Positions 48,123 to 62,117 of a stretch of 64,000 nt of DNA are shown piece by piece. The translations under genes were made by a program, and so were the position numbers. How positions within the stretch are numbered: the stretch's first letter is position 1; each line of letters opens with the position of its first letter. Under the pieces are notes generated by a model, which had not been told where the DNA came from, ran no database searches, and saw nothing but the letters and a program-made list of their open reading frames with translations. Origin of the DNA: Malacoraja senta (Eukaryota); assembly GCA_038087875.1 (NCBI GenBank), contig CM076001.1:1118001-1182000 (forward strand), written 5' to 3'.

Positions 48123-48829
48123 ACTGCCATTCAATGTAATCATGGCTGATCATCCACAATCAGAATCAAAATCAGAATCAGAATCGCACTTTATTCGCCA
48201 AGTATGTTTTGCAACATACGAGGAATTTCATTGGCCAGGTCAGTCATACAATTAAAAGTAACAGATCACTCAAAACCACATTTTAACATGAACATCCACC
48301 ACAGTGACTCCTACACATTCCTCACTGTGATGGAAGGCAAAATAAAGTTCGTCCTTCCCTTAGATCTTCCTCGGTCGTGGGCCACAAGGCGATGGGACGA
48401 TCTTGACTCCCGTAGCCGGCGGCGTTCGGGCCCTCCGGGTCGAGGCGATCAGCTCCCGCATTGGGGGGATGTCAGCTCCCCCGCGCCGAGCCATCGAACC
48501 TCGCGTTGGGGCTGGTCGAAACTTCCGCGATGTTGGAGCTCCCGACTAGCCTCTCCCGAGACTGCGAGCCCTTGATGGTACGTCCGCTGTGGGAGCGATC
48601 CCAGGCAAGGGATCAGCTCCGATGTTAAGTCCATCAGCTCCAATATTAAGTCGTGGGGTTCACGACAGTCTGAGGAGGCTTCCAGCTCCATCGATGGTAG
48701 GCCGCAGAGCCCGGAGAATGTGATCCGAAAATTTATCACATCTCCAGGAAGGAAAGAACCTGAAAAAAAAAGTTTCCCCCGATTCCCTCCCCCCACATAA
48801 AACAAACCGAAGAACATTAAAACAAAACT

Positions 48830-49320
48830 TCAGTACCTCGTTCCTACTTCTAGTGTGTCCAAACCCTTAACAATCCTATATGTTTCAAGCCCAGCTCTCC
48901 AAAACTGCACACAATACTCCATCTGTGGTCTCACTAGGGCCCTGCAGAAGGACCTCTTTGCTCCTAAACTCAAATCCTCTCGCAATGAAGGCCAACATGC
49001 CATTAGCTTTCTTCACTGCCTGCTGTACCTGCATGCTTACTTTCAGTGACTGATGTACAAACACACCCAGGTCCCAATGCACCTCCCTTTTTCCTAATCT
49101 GACACCATTCAGATAATAATCTGCCTTCCTGTTCTTGCCACCAAAGTAAATAACCTCACATTTATCCAGATTATACTGTATCTGCTGTGCATCTGCCCTT
49201 TCACCCAACCTATCTAAGTCCCCCTGCATTCTCATAGCATCCTCCTCACACTTCACACTGCCACCCAGCTTTGTGTCATTAGCAAATCTGCTAATGTTAC
49301 TTGTAATCCCTTCATCTAAA
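48830..49320 (-). mobile_element. CR1 fragment nested in the ERV env region
   Basis: FANDTKLGG...QGDLDRL...AVKKANGMLAFI motifs. Confidence 0.85.
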
Positions 49321-52009
49321 TAGGCAAAGGGACTTTTACTCCCTCCTTTTGACGCATACTCAAATTTACAAGGAGCATGATAACATGGCAATACTCCATA
49401 ATTATGATTCTCCTTCCTTGCTCTCGCCATCACATTGCAGTGCATCTCCTTCACATTGGTGATTGATTACATCGGCATACTCTTTCGCAGACCCGATGGC
49501 TATCAATGTCCCAAGATAGGCGAACAACAGCAGTATGTGCATCGTGATGTATCCTAGAAAGGGATTTCTTAAAAGAAAGGTTAGCATTTTATGTCTTAGG
49601 CACCAGACTGACAATCTTACAGTGGTGAAAGTGAACCCACGTGCCCCTCTCCTCCACCTTAGCTGCAGTAGGGCTTGTTAGAAGGACCTGGTAAGGTCCT
49701 TCACACTGAATGTTCAGTCTCTTCCTCGTCCAATTCTTGATCATCACATAAGTACCCGGTTCAATTTTTGACGTAGTGGTTACAGTGTAGATCTCTCAGT
49801 GCCCTGGTTAACGATAAAATATATTTAGTCATTTCCATTGTCATGTGATGAAAGGGAACAGCCTTTGGAGTGTTCGGTTCCATGGGGTTCTGAGTGGGTG
49901 GCCATATGCAATCTCTGCTGGACTCAACCGAGCCTTCCCTGCTGGGGTGGTGTACATCTGGAATAGCGCCACAGGCGGTAGTTTAAGCCAATTGGTCCCT
50001 GTTTCATTCTGTAATTTGGCAAGTTTATTTTTCAATGTTTGATTGGCTCGTTCAATGAGTCCAACAGCCCTGTGGCCGAATGGCACAATGTAATTATTGT
50101 TGGATGCCCATCTGAACACAGAATTCTTTGGTCACCTTTCCCACAAAATGAGGGCCATTATCCAAACTCAGCCCAGTTGGGATTCCATACCTGGATATAA
50201 TTTTTTTCATAAGTACTTTACCAACTGTAGAGCTTTGTTGTCCATGGTGGGATAATCTTCAATCCATTTACTAAAGACATCAACAATAACTAATACATAT
50301 TTATAAAACTTACATCTTTCCAACTCAATGTAGTCCATCTGGAGGGTCTCAAAGAGACCCATGGGTAAGGAGGTTCTTCCTTTTCTGCAGGTTATACCCT
50401 TCCCGGGGTTATATTGTTGACAGATTGTTGACAGGTCAGACAACGACTACTAATCCCCTGAGCCAGAGTCTGCAACTTTGGATGCCACCATGTATCTAGA
50501 AGCGTAACACCAGCTCGGGCACCACAGTAAATTGCAAAGTGTATACCTTCAATAACCTACATCGCGAGTTCATCTGACATACATGTTTGCCCTGCAGATT
50601 ATGGGGTAACCCATAATCCCGACATGCAATCAACTTCACAACTGAGCTGTTTCCACATTTCTATATCTCGGCCAGGAGCATCCTCCTGTAATCAAACGAC
50701 ATCTTCGATGGTTGGCATTGGTTTTTCCAAGGGAGACTTGCCTTTATCTATACTTTTAATTTGCCTCATTATTTTAGGTACCACCACCCTGCGCCCTTGG
50801 GACACTTCCTTAGCTTCCTGGAAATTTGTTTTGGCAACATTAGAGCTTGTAACTTGTCCGGTACCAATTTCTGGTGGGATATCTGTGTTCCTGCTGGTCA
50901 AGAATCCCCTATTTTTCCACAACTGACCAAAGTCACGGACCACTCCGAAAGCATATCTAGAGTCAGTATAAAAGTTTATTCTCAAGTCCTTCCCTAAGAT
51001 GCAGTCTCTTATCAGGGCAAACAGTCCACATTATTGCCATCCTGATCTATAATTGCGTATCCTGAAAGTCTTTTAACTAATGGTCCAATTGATGCACTAC
51101 CATCTACATACAGAGTTAAGTCAGGGTTTGTCATGGGAATATCTGTCAAATCTTCCTGAACAGAGGTATCTTCTTTAATCACAGACATGCAGTCGTGTCC
51201 TGACTCAGTTTGTTCTTCCGGTGGTTTGGCGAGAAAGGATGCTGGATTGATGGTCGTACAATACTTAAATTGCAAGCTTGCCTGCTGCTTCAGCGGGTAC
51301 TGTCATATAGAGGGCAGTGTTACATTTTCTGGGGAGCTACTTGGATGGGGTTAATCTGGACGCATCCTACCTGAGTAGAGTCTTTTGCCCACACCTGTGG
51401 GTCCACATACTCTGTTACCTCACTCCCCAGATGTTGGCGTAACTGTGTAGTAACCTTCCTTGGTGGATGATAAAATTAACAGTACTTGTTCCTGGCTCGT
51501 GTTTGGATTCGCCAGACCATAGCTTGCTTAACCATAGCTCCTAAATCCTTTGCATGAGATGGTTCTACAATTCCGAAGGCACCTCAGCATACTCTGCTCT
51601 TCCCTGTGGTGATTACAAACTGATGCTGTACAGCCTCGTTCCAGTATGTTACTTCGACTGGCATATCTGTCCTTGGAATCCAGATAATCTCTGAGTCATG
51701 TTGGATTTGGGGAGGTTGTGAGTGGACTGAATGGATGACATGGATGCCCCTGTATCCATTATTAAGGTACACTGTTTCCCTGCAACGTAATACCAGAACA
51801 GGTTCCTTGTCAGTGTAGCACCATTCACCACTAAGTTGGCTAGTCAGCATTGAGAAAATGGATCAGCCTGGGCGAAGTCTGTGTACCTCCCTTGTACTCG
51901 ATCTCCTTGTACTCGATCTGTGTACCTCCCTTGTACTCGATCTCCCCTTTTCAAAAGCGACCGGTGAAGTGGACACAGGTGGTACTGCAACAGCTGATGA
52001 TACAGCCGG

Positions 52010-52185
52010 AGGTACACAAAAATGCTGGAGAAACTCAGCGGGTGCAGCAGCATCTATGGAGCGAAGGAGATAGGCAACGTTTCGGGCCGAAACCCTTCTT
52101 CAGACTGATGGGTGGGGGGATGCGGGGAGAAGAAAGGAAAAAGGAAAAAGGAGGAGGAGCCCGAGGGCTGAGGGAGAGGTAGGAA
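52010..52185 (-). mobile_element. Penelope terminal fragment with hammerhead motif, nested in the ERV
   Basis: Minus strand CTGAAGAAGGGTTTCGGCCCGAAACGTT at 52076-52103. Confidence 0.7.
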
Positions 52186-54086
52186 GGGGAGGAGAAGGGA
52201 AGTTGGAATGGTGACGGTTGCCAGACCACGTGAGCATTAGTCCAGATTCTACTCTCCCACTCATCCAAATCAATCCTCGTAGTCTATCAAACCAAGCCAA
52301 CCATCAAATTACGTAATCTTCAGCTCCCTTTAGTGGCCACAATTCTATTCTTCCACCATGTGCTCCTTTGTTCTTGGCTACAACATTTCGCTCTCTGTCT
52401 GGCTCGCTCCAGATTTCTACAGTACAAGATTTACACAAGATTTACAGGGGCCCCACACAAAACTCTCAGAGTTTCTTAAAACAGTTAAAGCAAGACACAC
52501 AGTTTCTTAAAACCACAAAAGTTAATAATGCAAGAACAAAATCATACAAACTCAAATAAAAGTATTTGTTTTTTAATTCTTTAAATCTGAAGTATCCGAG
52601 TCTACCACTTTAAGTGGAAGCACTCGACTTTCCGCCTTAAATCTAAAGCCGTTACTCTCCAAATTTAAAAACAGGAATGCCACAGACCGTTATCAGAAGA
52701 ATGCTGTATCCTCCTCACTACTTCAAATTTAAAGCAAAATCACACGAACTTAAGTGAAAGCATAAGCAAACTTAAGCAAAAGCATACAAGAGAAAATCAC
52801 ACAAACCTAAGCTAAAAATATAAGCAAACTATACACAAAATTAAACCACACAAACTTAAACAAAAACATTCAATAAAACACTTTGACTTAACGGAATTTA
52901 GAGCAGATTTTTTTTCCCCCCGCAGTCCTGAAATATCACAGACACCCCTTCCCAACCTTTTTTGCACAGTACTGGCTCTCAAAGTAATTTATCAATCTTA
53001 TTTGTACCGACTTTCTACCTCGGCGCTGATTTTGAAGTAATTTATCAAATTTTACTTTATCCCGAAACGTATTTCCAATTTCACCTCAATACAGAAATTC
53101 TCCCTCAGCTGAACCCCTTTATCAATATGCCCGATCAATAACAGTATTCTTCGGACTAGTAACGTCAGTCTCTTTGGGAAGCCTCTCGAAGGCCAGCCAA
53201 TTGCCGAGCAGCTGGATCAGCCAATAGGAGGAAAACCGATGACGTACAATCACTCATCGGGGGCCCAATTCCTCCATTCCCGGACCCGACAACTCAACCC
53301 TTTTACCGCAAACCTGCGAGGGCCTCCTCTGAGACCCTGGACGACGCCCCCAAATGATAATTCTGGTTATTCTATCCCTTTGTCCATTCAGTGAAAACAC
53401 CGACTAGAATACTTTAAATCTCCTTTATTTCACCAAGGTGACCGTGTTTCTCTGCACCGCCCTGGGAAGCTCTCCCAGTGAATCACGGAGAAAACACATG
53501 TGTGCAAACAAAAGAATTAGCATATATATATGATTAATACAGTGGGAGGTAACTTACAAAGGGCGGTAATTCTAGACCAATAACTACAGTATCACATGGT
53601 TATAAAGGTGGGGACAATCTTTCCACCCAATTACAATCATACACAGCATAATACATCTTAGCCAATCTCATGTTTTCCAAGAAAAATGATGTCACAGTAA
53701 GGAAAGTGAAACTTAACTTCAATCAGCCCCTGATCTTCAAAAATAGAATACCCTTTAATCCTAGAGTGTCCCCTGCATATTCTGCATATTCTCACAACTA
53801 TGGATTTAATTGATCAATTTATGTGGGATAATGCATCTATAATTGGTTGATCTCAAAATTGATTTGAGGGTTTGTTAAATTGAGGCTTTGTTAAAAATCT
53901 CAATATATCACAGTTTGAATAAGATTTAGTTCACATTTAATGCTGGTTAATTTATTTGTCTCTGATCTGGCTTAACTCTTCTGTGTATCTGATGTTTACT
54001 GCTATTAGAGCATTTCATTTCAGTGAATACCAATGTATTCAGTCTGCTTGTAATTAAACGTGTTGATATGGCTGATCATATTTTAG

Positions 54087-54235
54087 GAAAAGGAGTGTTC
54101 TGTTTGGATCTGAGGAACTGGAAGGGCAGAGTTTCTTCCCAGAACAACTGCTGGCTGTTGCAGGTACCAGATAATACAGAATTGTTGAAAAACACTTCAA
54201 TCAAACAATTTGCAGACCCAGTTCAGAGAATTAAG
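54087..54235 (+). CDS. Host gene coding exon C (NERD-like core GVFCLDLRNWKG...W...DPV)
   Basis: Acceptor catattttag|GA, donor AAG|gtaagt, phase 1 to 0. Encodes (G)KGVFCLDLRNWKGRVSSQNNCWLLQVPDNTELLKNTSIKQFADPVQRIK, resembling NERD 'GIFVIEVKNWSG...W...NPV.Q'. Confidence 0.85.
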
Positions 54236-55501
54236 GTAAGTGGTGCTGCATACAAAGTTATTATGTGACCATAATGTTCAATTTTTTTTTGTCATTGCAT
54301 CAGCCTAACCTTTATTTTAAGCTATCCTTGACGGCAGTAGCTGACGTCTACACGTGATTTAGCCAATGACATCTTCAAAGGTAGACTTACAGATTTGTAC
54401 AGTCCTGCTGCAGTGATTACCTGGATTTTAAAATTGCATGGCCAGAGAGGATAGACCTTATATCAGGGAGACTATATCACCCATGTTTCTTCTTGTGCTA
54501 AAGCCATCATAAGTGCCATTGGGTGGTGGAGCTGACTTGGCAATGGAAAGAAATGATGGACAGCAAACGGGTTCAGGAAAGGGGATTCAGGTTAGCAGGC
54601 TGAATTGACCAAAGGCCTTGCAGAGAGTGGTCAACTAAAAGAGGGGAAATGACACAAATATTGATATCATTAAAAGGGAGTGTTCAGAAGGAATTAATGC
54701 CTAGGAAGTTAGTACATTGTATAGGTTACCAAATGAAGTTTTGGTTACTTTTGAGGACTCGCATTTCCAGGAGAAAGTGAAGCACCTGCCCCTCGACTTA
54801 GCCATACACCAGATTGAACCTGATGGGATAAGAACATTAGAAATCAGGGATTGGAAGTTGAGATTGCCATTCTGCATCAAAGATTGGGGATGGAAGGGAA
54901 AAATATTGTTACTTTTAGTTGGGGTGTGTTTGGATTCATACATAGGGATGTTGAGAGGGTGGTCTAGTGAGGAAGGTACAAGGAATGTTGGTATACCATG
55001 AGATAGGACATCCTTTGATTAAGGATACATTTTAGTTACTTTGCCGGCTTCTGGTCCAGAACTGTAGAAGTAAGATTATGTCACGGGAGTTTCTCACAGT
55101 GGACCACCTGATGACAATGCAGCTTAAATTCTCTTGAAATACCCAGAGGGAGCATAGCACGTGGAATGATGTTATTTCTCCACACATCACAAAGATGACT
55201 CACAAAGGAAGTGTCTGGTGAAAATGAACCAGAAATGAATGCTATCAACTTTCATTCTAAAAAATCAATTTTCCAGTGATGATTTAACACCAATGTCCAG
55301 CCAAGTATATTTAGAAGATAGGACAATGCCTCCTACCTTGGATGCCACCCTGATCCTCATCACCGGCAGACAGGCCAGGAGGCCAAACGTCAGCACCATT
55401 GGTAACAGCTGGATCCAATTAGCTAATATTGGATTGGCCCACCTAAACCTTGTAAACCTACTCCTTATAAACACAGGCATTCCAGGGAGAAGGGAGCCTA
55501 A

Positions 55502-56068
55502 AGGGGCTGTCCCACTTGGGCGACCTAATTGGTGAGTTTAGAAGAGTTTCAGAGAGTTTGAAAAAAAATGTCATGCTGAAGGCCTCCTTTGACTATGTAG
55601 AAGACCTCCTTTGACCTCCTTCGACTATGTTGAAGACTAGCTTCGACTAGCTACGACTAACTTTGGGAAAATTGGACACCGAATAGTGGAGAGTGAAGGC
55701 GACCTCCTTCAATCTCCTTTGACCTCCCTTCGACTATGATGAAGACTATCTACGACTACATTCGACTACCTTCGACTACCCTCGATTACCTACGACTAAC
55801 ATGCCAACATACTATGACCTACTACGACTAAACCTACGAGTAAAAAATGTATCGATTTTCTTTCCACGGCGACCTTTTTTTACTTGCGGGCATTTTTCAA
55901 CATGTTGAAAAATACGCCGCGACCTAGCTGAGGCCTCGAGTACACGGGGATTACCCTCGAGCATGAAGGAGAGTTACAAATACCTCCTATGACCTCGTGT
56001 TGACCATGCTGCGAGTATGAGTTGAAGGCAGAACTCGCGGAGTAGGTCGCCCAAGTGGGACAGCGCCT
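55502..56068. mobile_element. PIF/Harbinger-type MITE
   Basis: 26-bp TIRs AGGGGCTGTCCCACTTGGGCGACCTA / TAGGTCGCCCAAGTGGGACAGCGCCT, TAA TSD, internal (cgacta) repeats. Confidence 0.88.
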
Positions 56069-56740
56069 TAAACCTAGAACTGCATGGGGCTCTTCGGTCA
56101 TCCACGACCATCTCCACTACAAGTTAGCAACCTTCTATCTGTGTTGCAGCTATGGAAAGAACACTATGTAACAACACAATGCTTAGGCACACATGAAATC
56201 CAAACTGTTGGAATGCGCATAATAAATAGATGATACATAAATTGCTGTATGCCTCTGCTGTTTGCCTTTTTGGATAGATAAAAGTTTCACAGTCTTGTTT
56301 TAAATTAGTTGTGGTAAAAGGGAAAGGGCAAGGTGGAAAAAATGGTTATATTGGAATAGGAGTAGGAATAGGAATACTTTATTGTCACATGTGACCAAAC
56401 ACAGTGAGATTATTTGCTTGCATACACAATGTATACAAATAGCAGCCACGGGAGCTGACAAAGTTACAAAGTACGCCGGCTACCTCTTTTGTCTTTTGTC
56501 CCCCCTCTCCCCACCCCCCCACAGCAGTTCCCCCACGCCGGGTCCCCATTGTCCTTTGTCCCCCCCTCGTGTCCATTGTTCTTCCCCTCTCCCCTCACGG
56601 CGGTTCCCCCACTGCTTGTTTTGGATAATTGGCAATAAGGAAACCATTTTCTTCCTCCCCCCCCCACTTCACGATCCATCATAATGAGGATTTCCTGTAC
56701 CTGTATCCTCTCTGCAGTAACACTGTAACATGTAACATTA

Positions 56741-59303
56741 CAGTCCCCTCCATAATGTTTGGGACAAAGACCCATCATTTATTTATTTGCCTCTGTACTC
56801 CACAATATGAGATTTGTAATAGAAAAAATCACATGTAGTTAAAGTGCACATTGTCAGATTTTATTAAAGGGTATTTTTATACATTTTGGTTTCACCATGT
56901 AGAAATTACAGCAGTGTTTATACTTAGTCCCCTCATTTCAGGGCATCATAATGTTTGGGATACAGCAATGTAATGTAAATGAAAGTGGTCATGTTTAGTA
57001 TTTTGTTGCATATCCTTTGCATGCAATGACTGCTTGAAGTCTGTGATTCATGGACATCACCAGTTGCTGGGTTTCGTCTATAGTGATGCCCTGCCAGGCT
57101 TATATTACAGCCATCTTTAGCTTATGCTTTTTTGGGGGGCTAGTCCCCTTCAGTTTTCTCTTCAGCATATAAAAGGCATGCTCAATTGGGTTCGGATCGG
57201 GTGATTGACTTGGCCACTCAAGAATTCACCATTTTTTAGCTTTGATAAACTCCTTTGTTGCTTTCGCAGTATGTTTGGGATCATTGTCTTGCTGTAGAAT
57301 GAACCGCCGGCCAATGAGTTTTGAGGCATTTGTTTGAACTTGAGCAGATAGGATGTATCTATGCACTTCAGAATTCATTATGCTACTACCAGTAGCAGTT
57401 GTGTCATCAATGAAGATAAGTGAGCCAGTACCTTCAGCAGCCATACATGCATCGACCATAACACCCCTACCACTGTGTTTCACAGATGAATTGGTATGCT
57501 TTGGATCTTGGGCAGTTCCTTCTCTCCTCCATACTTTGTTCTTGCTATCACTCTGATATGTTAATCTTCATCTCATCTGTCCACAAGACCTTTTTCCAAA
57601 ACTCTGGTTGCTTTTTTAAGTACTTCTTGGCAAACTGTAACCCGGCCATCCTATTTTCGCAGCTAACCAGTGGTTTGCATCTTGCAGTGTAGCCTTTGTA
57701 TTTCTGTTCATGAAGTCGTCTACAGACAGTGGTCATTGACAAATCCACACCCGACTCCTGAAGAGTGTTTTGATCTGTCGGACAGGGGTTTGGTTTTTTT
57801 TCTTTATTATAGAGAGAATCTTCAGTCATCAGCTGTGGAGGTCTTCCTTGGCCTGCCAGTCCCTTTGCGATTAGTAAGCTCACCAGTGCTCTCTTCTTAA
57901 TAATGTTCCAAACAGTTTATTTGGGTAAGCCTAGGGTATGGCTGATGTTTTTAATAGTTTTATTCTTGTTTCTCAGTCTCATACTGGCTTCTTTGACTTT
58001 CATTGGCATAACTTTGGTGCTCATGTTGATAAACAGCAATAAAAGTTTCCAAAGGTGATGGAAAGACTAGAGGAAAGACTGAGAGCTGATAGATCTCTTA
58101 TAACCATATAACCATATAACAATTACAGCACGGAAACAGGCCATCTCGACCCTTCTAGTCCGTGCCGAACACATATTCTCCCCTAGTCCCATATACCTGC
58201 GCTCAGACCATAACCCTCCATTCCTTTCCCGTCCATATAACTATCCAATTTATTTTTAAATGATAAAAACGAACCTGCCTCCACCACCTTCACTGGAAGC
58301 TCATTCCACACAGCCACCACTCTCTGAGTAAAGAAGTTCCCCCTCATGTTACCCCTAAACTTCTGTCCCTTAATTCTCAAATCATGTCCCCTTGTTTGAA
58401 TCTTCCCTACTCTCAGTGGGAAAAGCTTATCCACGTCAACCCTGTCTATCCCTCTCATCATTTTAAAGACCTCTATCAAGTCCCCCCTTAACCTTCTGCG
58501 CTCCAAAGAATAAAGCCCTAACTTGTTCAACCTTTCTCTGCAACTTAGTTGCTGAAACCCAGGCAACATTCTAGTAAATCTCCTCTGTACTCTCTCTATT
58601 TTGTTGACATCCTTCCTATAATTAGGCGACCAAAATTGTACACCATACTCCAGAATTGGCCTCACCAATGCCTTGTACAATTTTAACATTACATCCCAAC
58701 TTCTATACTCAATGCTCTGATTTATAAAAGCCAGCACACCAAAAGCTTTCTTTACCACCCTATCTACATGAGATTCCACTTTCAGGGAACTGTGCACAGT
58801 TATTCCAAGATCCCTCTGTTCACCTGCATTCTTCAATTCCCTACCATTTACCATGTACGTCCTATTTTGATTTGTCCTGCCAAGATGTAGCACCTCACAC
58901 TTATCAGCATTAAACTCCATCTGCCATCTTTCAGCCCACTCTTCCAACCGGCATAAATCTCTCTGTAGACTTTGAAAATCTACTTCATTATCCACAGCCC
59001 CACCTATCTTAGTATCATCTGCATACTTACTAATCCAATTATACCTGCATTGAGGCAATTAAACACACCTGAGTAATTACAAACGCTTGCGAAGCCAGGT
59101 GTCCCAAACATTATGGTGCCCTGAAATGGGGGGGGGACTATGTATAAACACAGCTGTAATTTCTACATAATGAAATCAAAATGCATAAAAAATACCCTTT
59201 AATAAAATCTGACAATGTGCACTTTAACCACATGTGATTTTTTAATTACAATTCTCAAATAATAAATGATGGGCCTTTGTCCCAAACATTATGGAGGGCA
59301 CTG
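56741..59303 (-). mobile_element. Full-span decayed Tc1 element with long IR/DR-type TIRs
   Basis: TA|CAGT...ACTG|TA. The ~220-bp TIRs each contain two cataatgtttggga(c/t)a repeats. Transposase remnants KVLWTDEMKIN, KHSGRGVMV and [13 protein letters not shown]. Confidence 0.92.
58103..59040 (-). mobile_element. CR1 3' fragment nested in the Tc1
   Basis: Open 291-aa frame from YADDTKIGG to WNELP; (ttatatgg)n tail; TTATA flanks. Confidence 0.92.
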
Positions 59304-61429
59304 TATACTATGCACTCTGGTTATTTTTTCTTTGCACACTTGGGATTGTACATGGGTTAATTATACATGTGTATGGTATGATTTGACGAGACAGCATGCA
59401 AGCAAAGTTTTTCAATGTATCTCGGTACACATTACATTAATGAACTCATACCAACAACTATACAAAATTTTAAGGGAAAGTTTACTGCAGTCTACCCTGT
59501 CGATATTCCTCATAGATTTAGATACCACAATCAGGTCTCTGTTAACCTCCTCTGCACCAGTGAAAGCAGACCTAGCCTCTCCAGTTACTTCATTACTGAA
59601 ACGTTCCATCTCATTCCAACATACATGCATTTTGAGGGACTATTGAATCTAGCCTCTGAGAGGCTGTTGGGTTTGGCCTCAATATATGCATGATTTGATG
59701 AACACGGTTGCTGTTGTGTGCTTCAGTGACTTTGGTGCTGCACTGAGGTGTACTCTCAAGCAAAAAGATGGACATGTAGAGACTTCCGTTGATGGACCGT
59801 TTACGTAATTGAAGTACATTCTAAGTAAGCCTACAAGTGTGAATCTTGTAAAATATGGTTCAGCCTGACATTCTTGTTTATATTTATCATCTCAATCTGT
59901 TCCTGTTCTGGAAGAATTTCTTCAACTGTCAGCCCTCTTAAGTTTGTTCCCTTTTTGTATAGCAATTTCAGATTTCAGAGACCTTGTCAGAGATGTATAA
60001 CATGCTTGTTAGTTTAGTTTAATGGAAACGGTATAATGGAAACATGTATTCCACACCTTGCTCACACAGTAAGTGCCTGTTAATTTGCAATCTGAAGTTA
60101 GCACTAAAGATGGATGAGTGGTTCCCTTCACAATTTCTACTGATATTACAATTTTGATTTCTTTACATTTTTGTAAAATGGCCAAAACAGTAATATGGTT
60201 AATAGTTTTGTAATATAGCTGATAGAGGTTTGTCATGTCCTGCATCTTGATTCCCTTTTCATGCTGTCTTTATTGCAATGAAAATAAAGAGGCTTCCAAG
60301 AAATGTTGTTTACATTAAAATTATACTGAAATCTAATACACGAACTGGCGATCTCTACTCTGTGTTACAGCTCTAAGGCAAACTAGCAAACCTGCCTCCT
60401 GAAAGAAAATCAGATTCAAATGCCTATCTCCATATGCCAGTCATGTGCTATAAAACTAATCCCTTATCCTCATATGACATTTATTTTTATTTCTTAACAT
60501 TTCTTAATATTAATTACTATTTCTTAATCCTTTTTTACAGACAGCCAGACAATTGAAATCTTTAGTCGTGGTCACATATTTTTGCCATATAATAATCACA
60601 AATCTGCTGGTAAATTAATTTTAGAAAATATAACTTGTTAAAACAAAAATGATTAAGGATCAACATAAATAAAAACAGGAACTGTGCTCACTTTTCTGAA
60701 GTAAAACATGATGAACTAACTGACCCATTGGAAAATATGTTCAGTTGGTTTGTGCTTGTTCATGATGTGATATACACATAATAACACATTTATGTGTGTA
60801 ATCTTGCGATGCTGCTACTACATGCAAAATGAAAATATGCATTTGGATTTGCATTTCTCACCAAGAATAGACAAATATATACATAATATTTTTACTGTTG
60901 TCTGCAAAAATAATAAAAATCATAGTACTTTTAGCCTTCGGCATCCTATCCCAGATTCATCTAGATTCATTATTTATTCAGGAATCACTCTATCAGAACT
61001 GATTCTGTGGACATCAGTGATTGATATAGTCATGACATGTGCTTACTGTTCTAATGTTAGCCAGTTGTTGTTGCTTTTAAGACACAATGAAGTCTATTCC
61101 TGACCAAGATCACCAAGACCATGCTTTCTTGGTTACACAGTACAGAGCATAAAACATTTGAACCAGTTAAACACAAAATGCTGGAGAAACTCAGCGGGAC
61201 AGGCAGCATCTCTGGAGAGAAGGAATTTGAACCAGTTAGGTCAGTAGTTTCTCTTTTGTTGCCCTTTTATTGATGGATCTCAGAGCAGGCATTGTTTTTA
61301 TTAGAATTGAACACATTCCCAATTTCATGTGGCTCGTGAAACCATTAAATGGTTCCAGATCCCCTAAAATCAAAAATTATCCCCATCTGATATATTTCAA
61401 GATTCTGCATTAACACTTACTAACAATGG

Positions 61430-61735
61430 GATGGCACAGTGGTGCAGCAGTAGAGTTGCTGCCTTACAATGCCAGAGACCTGGGTTCGATCCTGACTACA
61501 GGTGCTGTCTGTACAGAGTTTGTATGTTCTCCCGATGGCCACCTGGGTTTTCTCCGAGTGCTCTGGTTTCCACTCACATTCTAAAGACATTCAAGTTTTG
61601 AGGTTAATTGTCTTCTGTAAGCTGTCCCTGGGGTGTAGGATAGAACTAGTGTGTGGGTGATCTTTTGTCGGTGAGGACTCCGTGGACTGAAGGCCTATCT
61701 CATCAATGAACTCTAAACTAAACTAATCTAAACTA
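61430..61735 (+). mobile_element. tRNA-derived SINE (HE1-like)
   Basis: GGTGCAGCAGTAG / GGTTCGATCC boxes and a (ctaaa)n tail. Confidence 0.8.
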
Positions 61736-62117
61736 AAGCACTGCATTTATTTTTGCCAGCGTTGCTGATGTTTCTGATTTAAATTCCTAAAAAACAACAG
61801 GCGTTTTGAGCGCTGGAACCACATGCATTAGGAACAGGATTAATCTTACCCAAATACACTTCACATGTACAAGATTTTCTTGCGAGTAATCTGGGTTGAA
61901 ATCAAACTTGGAACTCAGAGTGCTCTATTCTATTTTCCTTCCTTATCTTGTTTTTACTTTACATCTTGCAGCTGTTATTCTTAACTTATAATTTTGTACT
62001 GCATATATAAATATTATCTCACTTTTTTGCAAGCCTATTGAGCTATCTTTATTTGTTCTTTCATGCTCTGGTCCCACTTTCCATTACTCATTTGCCTCCT
62101 TTCACAATCTTCCATAG

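Larger units (their letters stand above)
46071..53794 (-). mobile_element. Class I (gamma/epsilon-like) endogenous retrovirus, internally deleted, both LTRs present
   Basis: TG...CA LTRs at 46071-46528 and 53355-53794, TSD CAAC, PBS TGGGGGCGTCGTCCAGG (tRNA-Pro-like) next to the 5' LTR, PPT GATAAAAGGGTGGAA. Remnants of protease (IMDTGA), RNase H (YVDGS, YTDSRYAFG), integrase (LQMDY, IVDVFSKW, IERANQTLK) and an env-like TM. Confidence 0.93.

Noticed and set aside
54023..54086. 5' extension of exon C through the upstream ttcag acceptor
   Set aside because: It is in frame but would insert 21 residues within the conserved ILTG-KGVF motif, so the acceptor at 54086 is preferred. A minor isoform is not excluded.
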